In this document: positions 40,606 through 50,635 of the stretch, in pieces
How the letters are laid out: each line of letters starts with the position of its first letter
How positions within the stretch are numbered: the stretch's first letter is position 1
Assembly: GCA_977020255.1 (NCBI GenBank)
Contig: CDROCS010005581.1
Location: 1-64,000, forward strand
DNA length: 64,000 nucleotides
Direction of reading: 5' to 3'
Source of the DNA: Obrimoposthia wandeli
Lineage: Eukaryota
Notes under the pieces: model-generated
Seen by the model: the letters and a program-made list of their open reading frames with translations, nothing else
Databases searched by the model: none
What the model was told of the DNA's origin: nothing
Position numbers and translations under genes: made by a program

Positions 40606-40633
40606 AAAAGCCTGCTTGTTGAGCAGGCTTTTT
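40606..40633. terminator. Terminator-like hairpin inside a divergent intergenic region
   Basis: AAAAGCCTGCTT-gtt-GAGCAGGCTTTTT; no annotated gene ends here. Confidence 0.7.
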
Positions 40634-40707
40634 CTATTAACACCTTACTCAAATTTTCCATCTGCTTTTAAGCGCAAATGGCAAAAGCGTGTATACAGGA
40701 AATCGTA

Positions 40708-41040
40708 ATGTCTAAATTTTTCTTTAAAGGCCGCATTGAAAAAAAACCTAAGCACACAAGCTGTGGTTACAACACTAAGCGTGCAGCTAAGCCTGGTACA
40801 GAAGAGAATCCAATTTCTGTTATCGTACAAACGGAAGAACGCAAACTAGAAGTAGAAGCAATTCTAGAAGAAAACACGCTATTCGCAACGATCGAAGTAA
40901 ACGCTGACGTTGAAGAAAATATTGTTGATTTAAACGGCTTACTGAATAAGCCTAAAACGACAACCTTCGATAAAACACCTAACCGTAACGATCCTTGTTC
41001 ATGCGGTAGTGGTAAAAAATTCAAGAAGTGCTGCGGTTAA
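40708..41040 (+). CDS. SEC-C motif metal-binding protein
   Basis: C-terminal RNDPCSCGSGKKFKKCC; ATG 40708 follows CAGGA. Confidence 0.88.
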   Translation: MSKFFFKGRIEKKPKHTSCGYNTKRAAKPGTEENPISVIVQTEERKLEVEAILEENTLFATIEVNADVEENIVDLNGLLNKPKTTTFDKTPNRNDPCSCGSGKKFKKCCG

Positions 41041-41201
41041 TATTAGCCCTGCAACTTCACTGTTTAAAGCGTAATAAACACAAATCTATTATGTCTTTTT
41101 ATCAGTATCCATATTATACGTGCATGGGATTTACACACTTTTTTCAGTTGTAATCCCCTGATTTTAAACGCGTATAATCCCGCTTCAATTTTTCAGTTAA
41201 G

Positions 41202-41684
41202 ATGTACATTATGAGCAAAAAAAGTAAAGGTTACAGTTGTATAGGTCTGTTTAATCCAAAGACACCAGAAAATGTTGGCTCCGTTTTACGCGCGTCTGGC
41301 TGTTATGGTGTTAACTCTGTTTTTTATACTGGCACACGCTATGACCTTGCTAAGCAATTTTGTACCGATACGAAAAATGTCATCAATAATATTCCACTGA
41401 TTGGTGTTAAAGAGTTAAAAGACATCATTCCTGTGGGTTGTACGCCTGTTGCTGTTGATCTGATAGAAGGCGCAAAGCCACTACCAGAATATAAGCACCC
41501 TGAGCGTGCATTCTATATTTTTGGACCAGAAGACGGTACGTTAAAAAAAGAGATTACAGATTTTTGTCGCGATACGATTTATGTACCAACCAAAGGTTGC
41601 ATGAATTTAGCTGCTGCAGTAAATGTTATCCTTTACGATCGCATGGCTAAAATTGAAAGAGGAGAAGAGTTTTCTAACCATTAG
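41202..41684 (+). CDS. SpoU/TrmH-family RNA methyltransferase
   Basis: PENVGSVLRA, FGPEDG, CMNLAAAVNV (SPOUT knot). Start is 41202 or 41211. Confidence 0.88.
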   Translation: MYIMSKKSKGYSCIGLFNPKTPENVGSVLRASGCYGVNSVFYTGTRYDLAKQFCTDTKNVINNIPLIGVKELKDIIPVGCTPVAVDLIEGAKPLPEYKHPERAFYIFGPEDGTLKKEITDFCRDTIYVPTKGCMNLAAAVNVILYDRMAKIERGEEFSNH

Positions 41685-41746
41685 AAAGCTGTTAAAAACC
41701 ACCTTGTATCTGAATTTTTATACAGGGTGGTTTTATTATATTAAGA

Positions 41747-43849
41747 CTAGTCACTGTCATTGCTACGGTAGGCTTGTTTATCTTCATACATTGCTTTATC
41801 AGCTGCTTGGAACATCTTTTCAGGGGAAATACTTTCACTGCTCAGCCAGCCTAAAGCAAAATGAATGGGTAATAACTCACCCGTTTCTATCTGCGTAAAA
41901 GAATGACCTCGAACACCTTCTAGGCGCGCAGCCAGGTGACGACAAGCTTGCTCGCGACCTTCTTCTAACAGAATAGCGAATTCATCACCACCTAAACGAT
42001 AGACTCTATCTGTTTGACGACAAGCGCCTATCAATAATTCTGATACTGCTTTTAGTAATTCATCACCCACATAATGACCAAATTCATCATTAACTTGTTT
42101 TAGCTTATTTACATCAATAATAAATAAACCAAATTGTCGCTCGGGGTAACGCTTTAATCGCTCTGTATGGTTATTAAAATCGTTATCAAATGCTTTTCTA
42201 TTGGGTAACTCTGTTAATGCATCGGTTACGGCAATACGTTCAAGTTCAGCGTTCAATATTCGCCCTTCAATTACCGAGGACAGTTGACGTGCAAACAATG
42301 AAACAATTTCGAAGTCAGTTCTTGCTAACGTCTCACTTTTCATTACAAGGCAGCCTAACCATTGGCCTGAAGAATCAATCAAATTAAAACAGTGCAATAA
42401 CTTAATTTCTGGAACAAAAAAGTATTCTGTTTTATTTTTAAGCGCGTCCACTTTAGATAACACAGGTTCAATAATACCGGCTGATTGCCATTGGCCATTG
42501 TCGATCTTATTCAGTTTTAGTGCCCAATTAGCTTCAGGATATAGACTTGAAACTTGGGCTAACACAACCGATTTAATATCATCTTGTTGCAGCTTTGAGC
42601 TAAACGCCAATAAGGATTTCAATATGTCACGGCGCCTTTCTTCTCGCTCAAGCGATAGCGTTAATTCCCCTGTTTTTTCCTCTACCTTTTTCTCTAATTT
42701 GTCATTAAAGTTGAGCAGCTGCCGGTTAGATTTTTCTTTTTGGTTATTAGCCAGTTTTAGCTCTGTATTTTTTGAGGCTAAATCTTCAAGCTGCTCTTCA
42801 ATCGTTGTTGCCATTTCATGAAATAACTCACCGACTTGATAGAATTCAGAAAAACGTAACTTACGCTCACGCTGATTATAATCACCACGAGAGTACGATT
42901 TTACCATTACCATCAAAGCAGCCAGTGGACGCGTTACCCAACGATAGGTTATCGCCGCACCGAATATACCAACAATAACCATACAGATACCCACAATAGA
43001 GATAATCTGAAGTGAATGGGTAAATTTGTCCTCTTCCGGTTTTTTATCCATCAATATTTTAATGTTGTATTCAAGCGGGTTTGAAATTAAATCACTATCT
43101 ATTTTTATTTTCTGGTTTAACGTTAATACCTCGTTACGCCCCAAAGACCCATCTGATTTAATACTCAGGATTTCTTTGTCATTACTGAATAACTTAACCG
43201 TTTCATCGCCCGTCAAATACATTTTCAACATTTTACTGATATTTTCAGTTGGAATAACGACGATTAAATATCCAACCGGTTTTCTTTGCAGCCCATCAGA
43301 TAATACTGAAGAGTAAATGGGGTCAACAACGATAAGCCCATCATCAGAGGGGTTATCTTCATTTAAAACGAGGTCTTTATCTACATAAGTAAATAGCCAT
43401 TGATAGCCATTTTCTAAAAGTTTTTTTTCATATTGTTCATCAATATGGCGCATTATGTCATTAAAATTATATTGACTCGTAATTCCATTGTAATTTTCAA
43501 CTTCTTCCCAATCACTATCAATCAAATAAGCCGATTCAACTAAAGGCACCTTACTGACTAACGAATCTAATGTTTCACGGACATGGCTTACAAGAAAAAA
43601 GTCATCCATTGCTCGAACTAACAATCGGTCTCTGGAAAGAACATCTAAACTGGTTGATAGTACATAAAACCGATAATTTAATTCCTGCTTTAATGTGCTG
43701 CTTAATCGCTCAATTTTCTCTTTCTGATAATTAGCTTCAATTTCAGTCTGTTGTTTAAGTAATAGTCCACCAACAATCACCGCAGGTATCACTGCGATAA
43801 GTATCATTAATGATGCGAGAGAATACTTTAAACGTAATTTCATTTTCAT
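41747..43849 (-). CDS. Membrane diguanylate cyclase: periplasmic sensor-HAMP-GAF-like-GGDEF
   Basis: Two TM segments, HAMP, DALTELPNR, DVNKLKQVNDEFGH, RxxD I-site (RQTD) and GGDEF. Confidence 0.92.
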   Translation of the reverse strand: MKMKLRLKYSLASLMILIAVIPAVIVGGLLLKQQTEIEANYQKEKIERLSSTLKQELNYRFYVLSTSLDVLSRDRLLVRAMDDFFLVSHVRETLDSLVSKVPLVESAYLIDSDWEEVENYNGITSQYNFNDIMRHIDEQYEKKLLENGYQWLFTYVDKDLVLNEDNPSDDGLIVVDPIYSSVLSDGLQRKPVGYLIVVIPTENISKMLKMYLTGDETVKLFSNDKEILSIKSDGSLGRNEVLTLNQKIKIDSDLISNPLEYNIKILMDKKPEEDKFTHSLQIISIVGICMVIVGIFGAAITYRWVTRPLAALMVMVKSYSRGDYNQRERKLRFSEFYQVGELFHEMATTIEEQLEDLASKNTELKLANNQKEKSNRQLLNFNDKLEKKVEEKTGELTLSLEREERRRDILKSLLAFSSKLQQDDIKSVVLAQVSSLYPEANWALKLNKIDNGQWQSAGIIEPVLSKVDALKNKTEYFFVPEIKLLHCFNLIDSSGQWLGCLVMKSETLARTDFEIVSLFARQLSSVIEGRILNAELERIAVTDALTELPNRKAFDNDFNNHTERLKRYPERQFGLFIIDVNKLKQVNDEFGHYVGDELLKAVSELLIGACRQTDRVYRLGGDEFAILLEEGREQACRHLAARLEGVRGHSFTQIETGELLPIHFALGWLSSESISPEKMFQAADKAMYEDKQAYRSNDSD

Positions 43850-45036
43850 CGTAACCGCTTGCTCTGTTTATCTGCGACCTTCTGCATGTACCGTGCTGAT
43901 TCTTTCGCTGATAAACCACTCTTAAACCGCTGATAACCTTTTTCCATTGCCGCCCAAACAATCGCCATGTTTGTTTCTGATGACATCGGCTTAGCACGTT
44001 GTAACTGCTGTAATAACACTAATTCATCACCTTTTGCTTGAGATACGACCTGTTGAAACAAAGCTTGATGCACAGGCAATAAATGGTGATTCTGATAGCC
44101 CCACTGCTGGTTATCTTCACGTTGAATAAACGTCAAAAAAGCATCAATTGTATTTTCCTCCTCACTGGTTTTTGCCAATTTATCAGGAAGGATAAATACA
44201 AATGTACTTTTCATTGAATACATAGGTTTGCTGTTAAGTGTTGGCAATAGTGCCACACCGAAGTCGTCACCCATTTCATCCTTTAGATCTTGATATGCCC
44301 AATCACCATTAATTGCATAGGCTTCTTCACCTTTAATTAAGCGTTGCTGGGAACAATTATAATTACATTTATTATCAACAACTTTCTGATCAGACAACTG
44401 TTGATAGTAATTTAGCGCTTCAACCATTTCTGGTGTGTCTAAAGTGATCACATCCCCATCAAATGGATGCCCATTAAAAGCGAATAAAAAGGGCATGAAG
44501 AAATACATATCAGTGTAATTCCAGCCAATGGGTATTAGATTATCATCTCGATACTGCTTAGATATTTTTGTAAGATCTTGCCAACTCGTGACGGGCTTAT
44601 CAACAAATTTTTTATTATAAAATAACATTAAGTGGTTGCCCTGTATAACAGGTATCCCCCAATAAACATCATCTACTTTAGCGGTTTTTAACGCATCTTT
44701 ATTAAGGTTCGTACTCAACAATTGTTCTGAAATCGGCTTTAATTGCATTTGTTGATGAAGACCCAAGAAATCAGATGGTACTAAGGCGAGATCCGGTAAA
44801 CCACCATATTGCGCACCCAGTAGAAGCTCTGCTTTAATATTACTGGGTTTAAACTGAGCCAATGATACTTGCTTGCCTGTTTCTTGTTCAAAACGCAGCA
44901 CTAAACCTTCAACAAATCGCGATGACTGATGTGAATACCAAATACTAATATCTGCCGCAAAAGCGGTGTGTGAGGTAAGCATGCCTTGCATTAAAGCTAC
45001 CAACATCAACATAAAACGGCGAAAAACGATCAACAC
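43846..45036 (-). CDS. Periplasmic sugar-binding protein (MalE/CUT1-like)
   Basis: Signal peptide; YWGIPV...LFYNK, AINGDWAY, FGVALLP. The stop overlaps the cyclase start (ATGA). Confidence 0.85.
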   Translation of the reverse strand: MLIVFRRFMLMLVALMQGMLTSHTAFAADISIWYSHQSSRFVEGLVLRFEQETGKQVSLAQFKPSNIKAELLLGAQYGGLPDLALVPSDFLGLHQQMQLKPISEQLLSTNLNKDALKTAKVDDVYWGIPVIQGNHLMLFYNKKFVDKPVTSWQDLTKISKQYRDDNLIPIGWNYTDMYFFMPFLFAFNGHPFDGDVITLDTPEMVEALNYYQQLSDQKVVDNKCNYNCSQQRLIKGEEAYAINGDWAYQDLKDEMGDDFGVALLPTLNSKPMYSMKSTFVFILPDKLAKTSEEENTIDAFLTFIQREDNQQWGYQNHHLLPVHQALFQQVVSQAKGDELVLLQQLQRAKPMSSETNMAIVWAAMEKGYQRFKSGLSAKESARYMQKVADKQSKRLR

Positions 45037-45429
45037 ACACGCCTCTAAAAATGAACCATCGGCCTAATGACCATAAAAACGGCATAAACGCCCATTGATT
45101 TAAGCACTTAGATTACCATTTTTTATGCAGTATCACTCTTAGTTATAGACGAAAAGTATAGAAACATCCGTACAACATACTCAACATTACCATTATCAAG
45201 ATTATTCTCTGATAAATTTATAAATCACCATACAAAAGTTGACGCTAATCACATAAAAAGTTGTCTCTAAGCCACTGTAATAAATTAAGTGCGACTCTTT
45301 CGTTAAATAGTCTATCTTCAATGCTGTATTGTAACTAATACTGTTTTTTTATAATTTAAAATGGGTTTAAGAGACAAATTCTTATTCATACTTAAATCAT
45401 TACTTCGATAAAATAAAGATGATAATAAA

Positions 45430-45936
45430 ATGACCACCTCAAATTATTTTAAGTTTTCATCTCCTATAATAACACTTCTTTTTATAACCGCTTGCCAAAG
45501 CCCTAATACGCCTTCAATCTCAGCGGCTAATAGCCCTACAATGAATGAACAAGAAATGATCAACTATGCACGTACTTTTATCGGGACAAAATATGTATGG
45601 GGCGGATCTACACCCAAAGGCTTTGATTGTTCGGGCTTCATTAAATACATATATAAGAATTACAGCATTGATATTCCAAGAACGACGTCAGAGTATCCTC
45701 AACTTTTCGCACAATCAGTGCTGTTAAAGGATGCAAAAATCGGTGATTTAATTGTTTTTACAGGAACAAACCCTACTATACGAAAACCTGGTCACGCGGG
45801 TATTATTTCAGAAATAAAAAATAATTCCGTAAAGTTCGTGCATAGTTCATCGTCGAAGAAGCACTTCGGCGTAACGGAAACGAGTTATTATAATAGTGGC
45901 TACCCTAAACGTTTTTTAACTATCGTTAGAATGTAA
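45430..45936 (+). CDS. NlpC/P60 (C40) peptidase lipoprotein
   Basis: Lipobox ITAC; YVWGG...FDCSGF, GDLIVF, GHAGI. Confidence 0.9.
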   Translation: MTTSNYFKFSSPIITLLFITACQSPNTPSISAANSPTMNEQEMINYARTFIGTKYVWGGSTPKGFDCSGFIKYIYKNYSIDIPRTTSEYPQLFAQSVLLKDAKIGDLIVFTGTNPTIRKPGHAGIISEIKNNSVKFVHSSSSKKHFGVTETSYYNSGYPKRFLTIVRM

Positions 45937-46078
45937 CGATAGTTAAAAATAACAATATACTGACAAAAATGCTTATCTTATACGTAGAAATACGCTTAGT
46001 TTTTGTTAGTATACATAAACGCCCCAGGTATTATTCTCGCTGGGATTTAGTTCAGATAAATAACATAATGACAGAGCA

Positions 46079-47245
46079 ATGCAATTAGCTGAAGACACGC
46101 AAACAATCAATGATGAAAGCCAAGTTCTGGTTCTCGATTTAACACCGTTTGGTTTTAAATTCAGCCTAAAATTATGGCCGTGGGATCAGCAATTACTTTT
46201 AAAGCGCCAATACACGAATGGTGATGTTGAATCTTTAGAAGGAAACATTGGTTTCTCTATCGATCAAATCGCCTTTACACCTGGTGGCGATGAATGGATT
46301 GCTTCTATTCCCCCATTACTTGTAGACCATGTAAAACCATTCCCTGAAACTTCAATTTATATGTTGAGCTTGGCAGCTTCCAATAGAAATGCTCGTCAGC
46401 TTCTTGAGTTGCGTCCTGCTCTATTGTATTTAATCTGCAATGAATACCCCCTAGATCGCGAAAAATCGTTAGAACTTTGCAAATACGGGCAACGTGAAAT
46501 TTTACGTAGACTCGGCTTTTCGCACAGCAAAGCAGCATTGCGCTTTTTAGATCGTCTCGATATTACATTTGATACGCGTTCAAGCCATACCTTAGTAACA
46601 CGTCTATTGCATCCAATTGCTGAACGTTACCGTCTGTTTAACCATTACCCTGTTATTACTCATCAGTCATTACAGCTTGATATGGTATTGCCGGGATTAA
46701 CCGGCTCAAATCTTGCGATTAATTTATCTGAAAGCAAGCTCAAAAGCAGAATTAAACTGCCAACATTACTCAATGACACATTAATGATGGGGGTTAATTT
46801 AGGTTTATCCGAACCTATGCGTTATTTACGTAAGTTACGCACCGTCGACGATGTTTCAACATTACACGATAGCTGGATTCGAGCTCAAAACCGTAAGCAC
46901 TATGTACCGTGTCCGACCCATAAGAAGCCGTATCAGATAGTCTTTACTGGTACTGAATATATTCAGCCGTTAACAAACTATTTTGAATTACGTGATGAAG
47001 GTGAAGAACAGCGCCACTGTGTTGGAGCTTACCATGCGCGAGTAATAAACGATGAATACCAAGTATTCAAAGTAACTGCGCCAGAGCGTGTCACGATGGG
47101 AGTTAGGATGATCAAGCGCCCTGACGGTCGTAAGTATTACGAAATTGACCAAGTGCAAGCAAAATGCAATCGACGCCCTCTTGAAGAAACACTGCAAACT
47201 CTTTACGCATGGTTAGAAGGTGAAAAGCAACGCATGAATTTATAG
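46079..47245 (+). CDS. PcfJ-domain protein
   Basis: C-terminal ELRDEGEEQRHCVGAY...TMGV...QVQAKCN pattern. Confidence 0.7.
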   Translation: MQLAEDTQTINDESQVLVLDLTPFGFKFSLKLWPWDQQLLLKRQYTNGDVESLEGNIGFSIDQIAFTPGGDEWIASIPPLLVDHVKPFPETSIYMLSLAASNRNARQLLELRPALLYLICNEYPLDREKSLELCKYGQREILRRLGFSHSKAALRFLDRLDITFDTRSSHTLVTRLLHPIAERYRLFNHYPVITHQSLQLDMVLPGLTGSNLAINLSESKLKSRIKLPTLLNDTLMMGVNLGLSEPMRYLRKLRTVDDVSTLHDSWIRAQNRKHYVPCPTHKKPYQIVFTGTEYIQPLTNYFELRDEGEEQRHCVGAYHARVINDEYQVFKVTAPERVTMGVRMIKRPDGRKYYEIDQVQAKCNRRPLEETLQTLYAWLEGEKQRMNL

Positions 47246-47262
47246 CCTTCGAGAGTAGTTCT

Positions 47263-47295
47263 AAAGACCACAGCGTTATTGAAGTGGTCTTTTTT
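47263..47295. terminator. Bidirectional terminator
   Basis: AAAGACCAC...GTGGTCTTTTTT between convergent genes. Confidence 0.8.
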
Positions 47296-47332
47296 GTTGC
47301 ACTTACTTCTCTCTAGCGGTGTTAACTAGAAG

Positions 47333-48136
47333 CTACCCCTGACTGCAGTCTTTCAAAAACTGCATAATGCCGTATTCCTTTAGCCAAGCCAGTTGTTCTG
47401 GCTCTTTCACTAAAAAACGGCCACTGTAGTTAATGCCATTCGCAAACACACCATTTACCTGATTCGTAGAACGTGGAATCATTAACATCCAATGCTTAGT
47501 CAGTAGTAAATTGTATGGCATACACTCTTGTTCGCTTGCTAAGATATTGTGATTGGTTAAGCTATTTTTATCCAGTATACCTAGCTCTCTTAGCCCCGCT
47601 AAATAGCATAAATACAATCGCTCGCCACTGAGTGAATCAAACTGATACAAGTGATGTTTAAACGGTAATTCATGATTAATAATAACGTGCTCTAAAGGAA
47701 TAGAGGATTGTACCAGCTGCATGTGACGGTGGGCTTGGCTCGCGCCTGCCATCGTTCCGCCATTATAAAAACCTAATACATTGTCACTATCGAAACCCAT
47801 CACCCACGCGCAAAAATCCTGTAGCTCTAAAGGCGATGTTTGAGGAACAAACTCACGGGAACAAATTAATAAGTGGGGAGATATCACTGGGAATTTATTA
47901 AGTAAACATACATGGCTTTCACCAGCATCAGCGACAAACATTTCTTCTTCATAAGGTAAAAAAGGATTGTCTTGTTTCATACCTGACTGAAATTTACGTT
48001 CCGCGTTCTGTGAGACGACATGCCCAAAATAATCAATCCCTGCTTCGTTGATTACACACGCTTCGGTTGTTATGGGTAGCAGACTATTATTGACCAGTGC
48101 TTGCTCAATAACCTTTTCAGCTTTTGTCCAAAACAT
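47333..48136 (-). CDS. ATP adenylyltransferase / Ap4A phosphorylase II family
   Basis: NPFLPYE, LLNKFPV, FYNGG..AGASQAHRHMQ (HxHxQ), NGINYSG. Confidence 0.85.
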   Translation of the reverse strand: MFWTKAEKVIEQALVNNSLLPITTEACVINEAGIDYFGHVVSQNAERKFQSGMKQDNPFLPYEEEMFVADAGESHVCLLNKFPVISPHLLICSREFVPQTSPLELQDFCAWVMGFDSDNVLGFYNGGTMAGASQAHRHMQLVQSSIPLEHVIINHELPFKHHLYQFDSLSGERLYLCYLAGLRELGILDKNSLTNHNILASEQECMPYNLLLTKHWMLMIPRSTNQVNGVFANGINYSGRFLVKEPEQLAWLKEYGIMQFLKDCSQG

Positions 48137-48165
48137 ACCCTTATCCTTCTAATTTTCCGATGATA

Positions 48166-48432
48166 TATACCCAAGTTAACTCAAGGTGCAGGATTCAGAG
48201 TGATTTCAGCGTATTTAATTCAAGGAAAGTGTGTGTAGGAATGGCTTTCCCTTTCAAACACATTTGACACAGAAGTAGATACGCTGAATCACTCCCGAAG
48301 GGCGAGTTTTGTTGGGCTCTATGCGGTGTTACTTATTTTCAACGTAGAACCACTAGGTCTTATAAATAAGCGCCTTGCCTAGAGCACAACAAATTCTCGC
48401 TGAAACGAGCATCTTGAGATAACTTGGGTATA
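48166..48432. mobile_element. ERIC-like MITE, long variant (267 bp)
   Basis: Same termini and body as the 40201 copy; 30 nt upstream of the ATP adenylyltransferase start. Confidence 0.9.
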
Positions 48433-48876
48433 ACATAAAGCATGTTTGCTCTGCTGTCATGGGTTCAAAGCAGCAACCTAAGATTCCGTACTTAATAGGT
48501 GTATTCAGCCCTTCCTGTATTGTTTAGTTTACACTTCCATCAAAAATAGCAATGACAAAACTCAGGCCTTTTGTAGCAGATTAGGGTGAAAATTTGTATC
48601 ATTCCCGCATCAAGTTAAGTAGTGCTGTTTTCCAACGAACCCGTTTTCGTACTCCATGGAAAAGAGCAATATTTAGCGGTAAACCTTTATTTTTCGGTCA
48701 CTTAAAGGTTTACCATTAGATAGGGGTATTTTCAGTTCGGTCAAACTGATTACCCCTATTTTCCCTCTTTATTCCTTCAAAACCCATGTTAATACATCCA
48801 CTCTTATTTCTACTTGTTGTTTAATGATCTCTGTCTTCTTCGCGTTCTATTTTCCCAATTTACACTTTCAGAATAC

Positions 48877-48909
48877 AAAAAAAGACACTTACCTTTCGAT
48901 AAACGCCTT
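48877..48909 (-). terminator. Terminator of the HAAAP permease gene
   Basis: On the minus strand AAGGCGTTTA/TAAGTGTCTT stem with G-U pairs, followed by a T-tract. Confidence 0.65.
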
Positions 48910-48952
48910 CTTTATATAGTTATACCAACCTAAATAAGTAATTAGCAGCCCT

Positions 48953-50131
48953 TTATACCAACTGAGCACCAATTAAGAAGCAACCAAATACGAAACTAAG
49001 CCCCATAGCAATCGAACCGCCACCGACTTGGTAAGCTTCAGCCAAGACTTCATGCCCTGCTGATTTTTGCTTTTCAAAACTACGCAGTTTCATTGTCATT
49101 GCCATTGGTACAAAGATAGCCAAAAACACAAGAATAAAGCCAGCATAACCCAATACAGATAAGAATTGATCAGCAGCCCAAAGTGCGCCAACTAACGGAA
49201 AAATAAAGGTAAGTACATAGGTAACGGCTTTATTTTGCTTAAATGTATCTGCATTTTGATCAAACAGCGCCATCGCCACGCCCAAGAACGACGTCAGTAA
49301 CGCTAGGCCTGTGAAGGTAGACAGAATCACTTGAATACCGCTGAAACGCGTGCCCAGTGCAGCTATCAATTCAGATACATTCGAGAACTTCACCAACTGT
49401 TCTGAAGATAAGTTGCCCACTACGGCATATAGCCACAATAAGTAACAAGCTAATGGAATAACAGAACCCACAATAACCATGTTACGCAAATCACGATGTG
49501 ACGCGCCTCTGTTGTAGGTTACAAGTGATGGAATCACAACCATGAAGCCAAAACTAGTGAATAGCACTGAACTGGTTTTTATGAGCTCGATTTTATCGTT
49601 ACTTGCTGCTTCTAAAAGATGATCAAAAGACATCGTCGGCACGAGCGAAAATAACGTGATGCCCAATACCACAACCATCACAGCAAACAACAGGCGGTTA
49701 ATCTTATCGATGGCAGCAGTGCCAGAGGCAACAACGACGCCCGCAACCAATGTGAATAAGATTTGTGTCTGCATCATCGACATTTCAATGCCAACACCGT
49801 GCAGCATCTTCTTCACCAAGTCACCGGCTCCGATGATGTAAGCCATCAATAAGCATACTAACAACGCGTAAAGCAAACCGTTGGTGACCAGTTGGCCGCC
49901 TTTACCCAAGGTTTTACGCGCAATGGTGTTCATACCTAAGCCACCACCAGCTTTAATACTGGCTTCAAGTAATAACAATGCGGCGTAGGTTGTACCCAAC
50001 CAAATCACCAGCATCAACAAGGTGCCCCATAATAGGCCAAACTGCGCCAATACCATTGGAATGGCTAACATACCTGCGCCCAGCGCGGTACCAGCAATGA
50101 TTAACGAACTACCCACTAATTTTAAATTCAC
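48953..50131 (-). CDS. HAAAP-family amino-acid permease (TyrP/Mtr-like)
   Basis: GTALGAGMLAIP, FTSFGFMVVIPS, LLTSFLGV; about 11 TM segments. Confidence 0.9.
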   Translation of the reverse strand: MNLKLVGSSLIIAGTALGAGMLAIPMVLAQFGLLWGTLLMLVIWLGTTYAALLLLEASIKAGGGLGMNTIARKTLGKGGQLVTNGLLYALLVCLLMAYIIGAGDLVKKMLHGVGIEMSMMQTQILFTLVAGVVVASGTAAIDKINRLLFAVMVVVLGITLFSLVPTMSFDHLLEAASNDKIELIKTSSVLFTSFGFMVVIPSLVTYNRGASHRDLRNMVIVGSVIPLACYLLWLYAVVGNLSSEQLVKFSNVSELIAALGTRFSGIQVILSTFTGLALLTSFLGVAMALFDQNADTFKQNKAVTYVLTFIFPLVGALWAADQFLSVLGYAGFILVFLAIFVPMAMTMKLRSFEKQKSAGHEVLAEAYQVGGGSIAMGLSFVFGCFLIGAQLV

Positions 50132-50321
50132 AATATTTACCTATACCTAATTGTTACTTGTTTACACCCCATTGCTTGCAGAAAAGGTACGCAATACTCG
50201 GTCAGTTGTGCGAATTCCGGACATGATAGACTTTGATATAAAAGAGTATTCATCATGTACTGCAATCAAATTGAAAAAGGTGTAACGAATGAAGATGTCT
50301 TAATAAATTGAAATTTCAGGA

Positions 50322-50465
50322 TTAAAAACGAAAAGCACTAAAACCTGAAAAAGCAAAAAAGCCCATAAATCGGCTTGAGGTATAGGAAAGATAGACGTGG
50401 GTGCGTGAAGCAATACGGGTCGATCCCGAACGTATAGCGGTAGATATTGCAGAAATATGTTTCAT
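50322..50465 (-). CDS. Candidate 47-aa small ORF / leader peptide (below the ORF-track cutoff)
   Basis: GGAG 8 nt before the ATG; MKHISAISTAIRSGSTRIASRTHVYLSYTSSRFMGFFAFSGFSAFRF*. Confidence 0.35.
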   Translation of the reverse strand: MKHISAISTAIRSGSTRIASRTHVYLSYTSSRFMGFFAFSGFSAFRF

Positions 50466-50635
50466 TTATCGTACTCCAAAAACGATGTAATCCCTATTTC
50501 CCGATGACAGGTTTTCTGCCATCTACACTGCTCCGGTCAGAACAGTAAATCGGTCACTGAGCAAAATAATAAACTTCGCACTAAAGCACAATGATTATTT
50601 TACAATTGTTTGTTATAAGTATGTGAAATTTACTG

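Noticed and set aside
50140-50630. TyrR boxes or a known riboswitch upstream of the permease
   Set aside because: Only TGTAAA half-sites were found. The leader does not match the lysine, TPP, glycine, Moco or c-di-GMP consensus elements I can recall.
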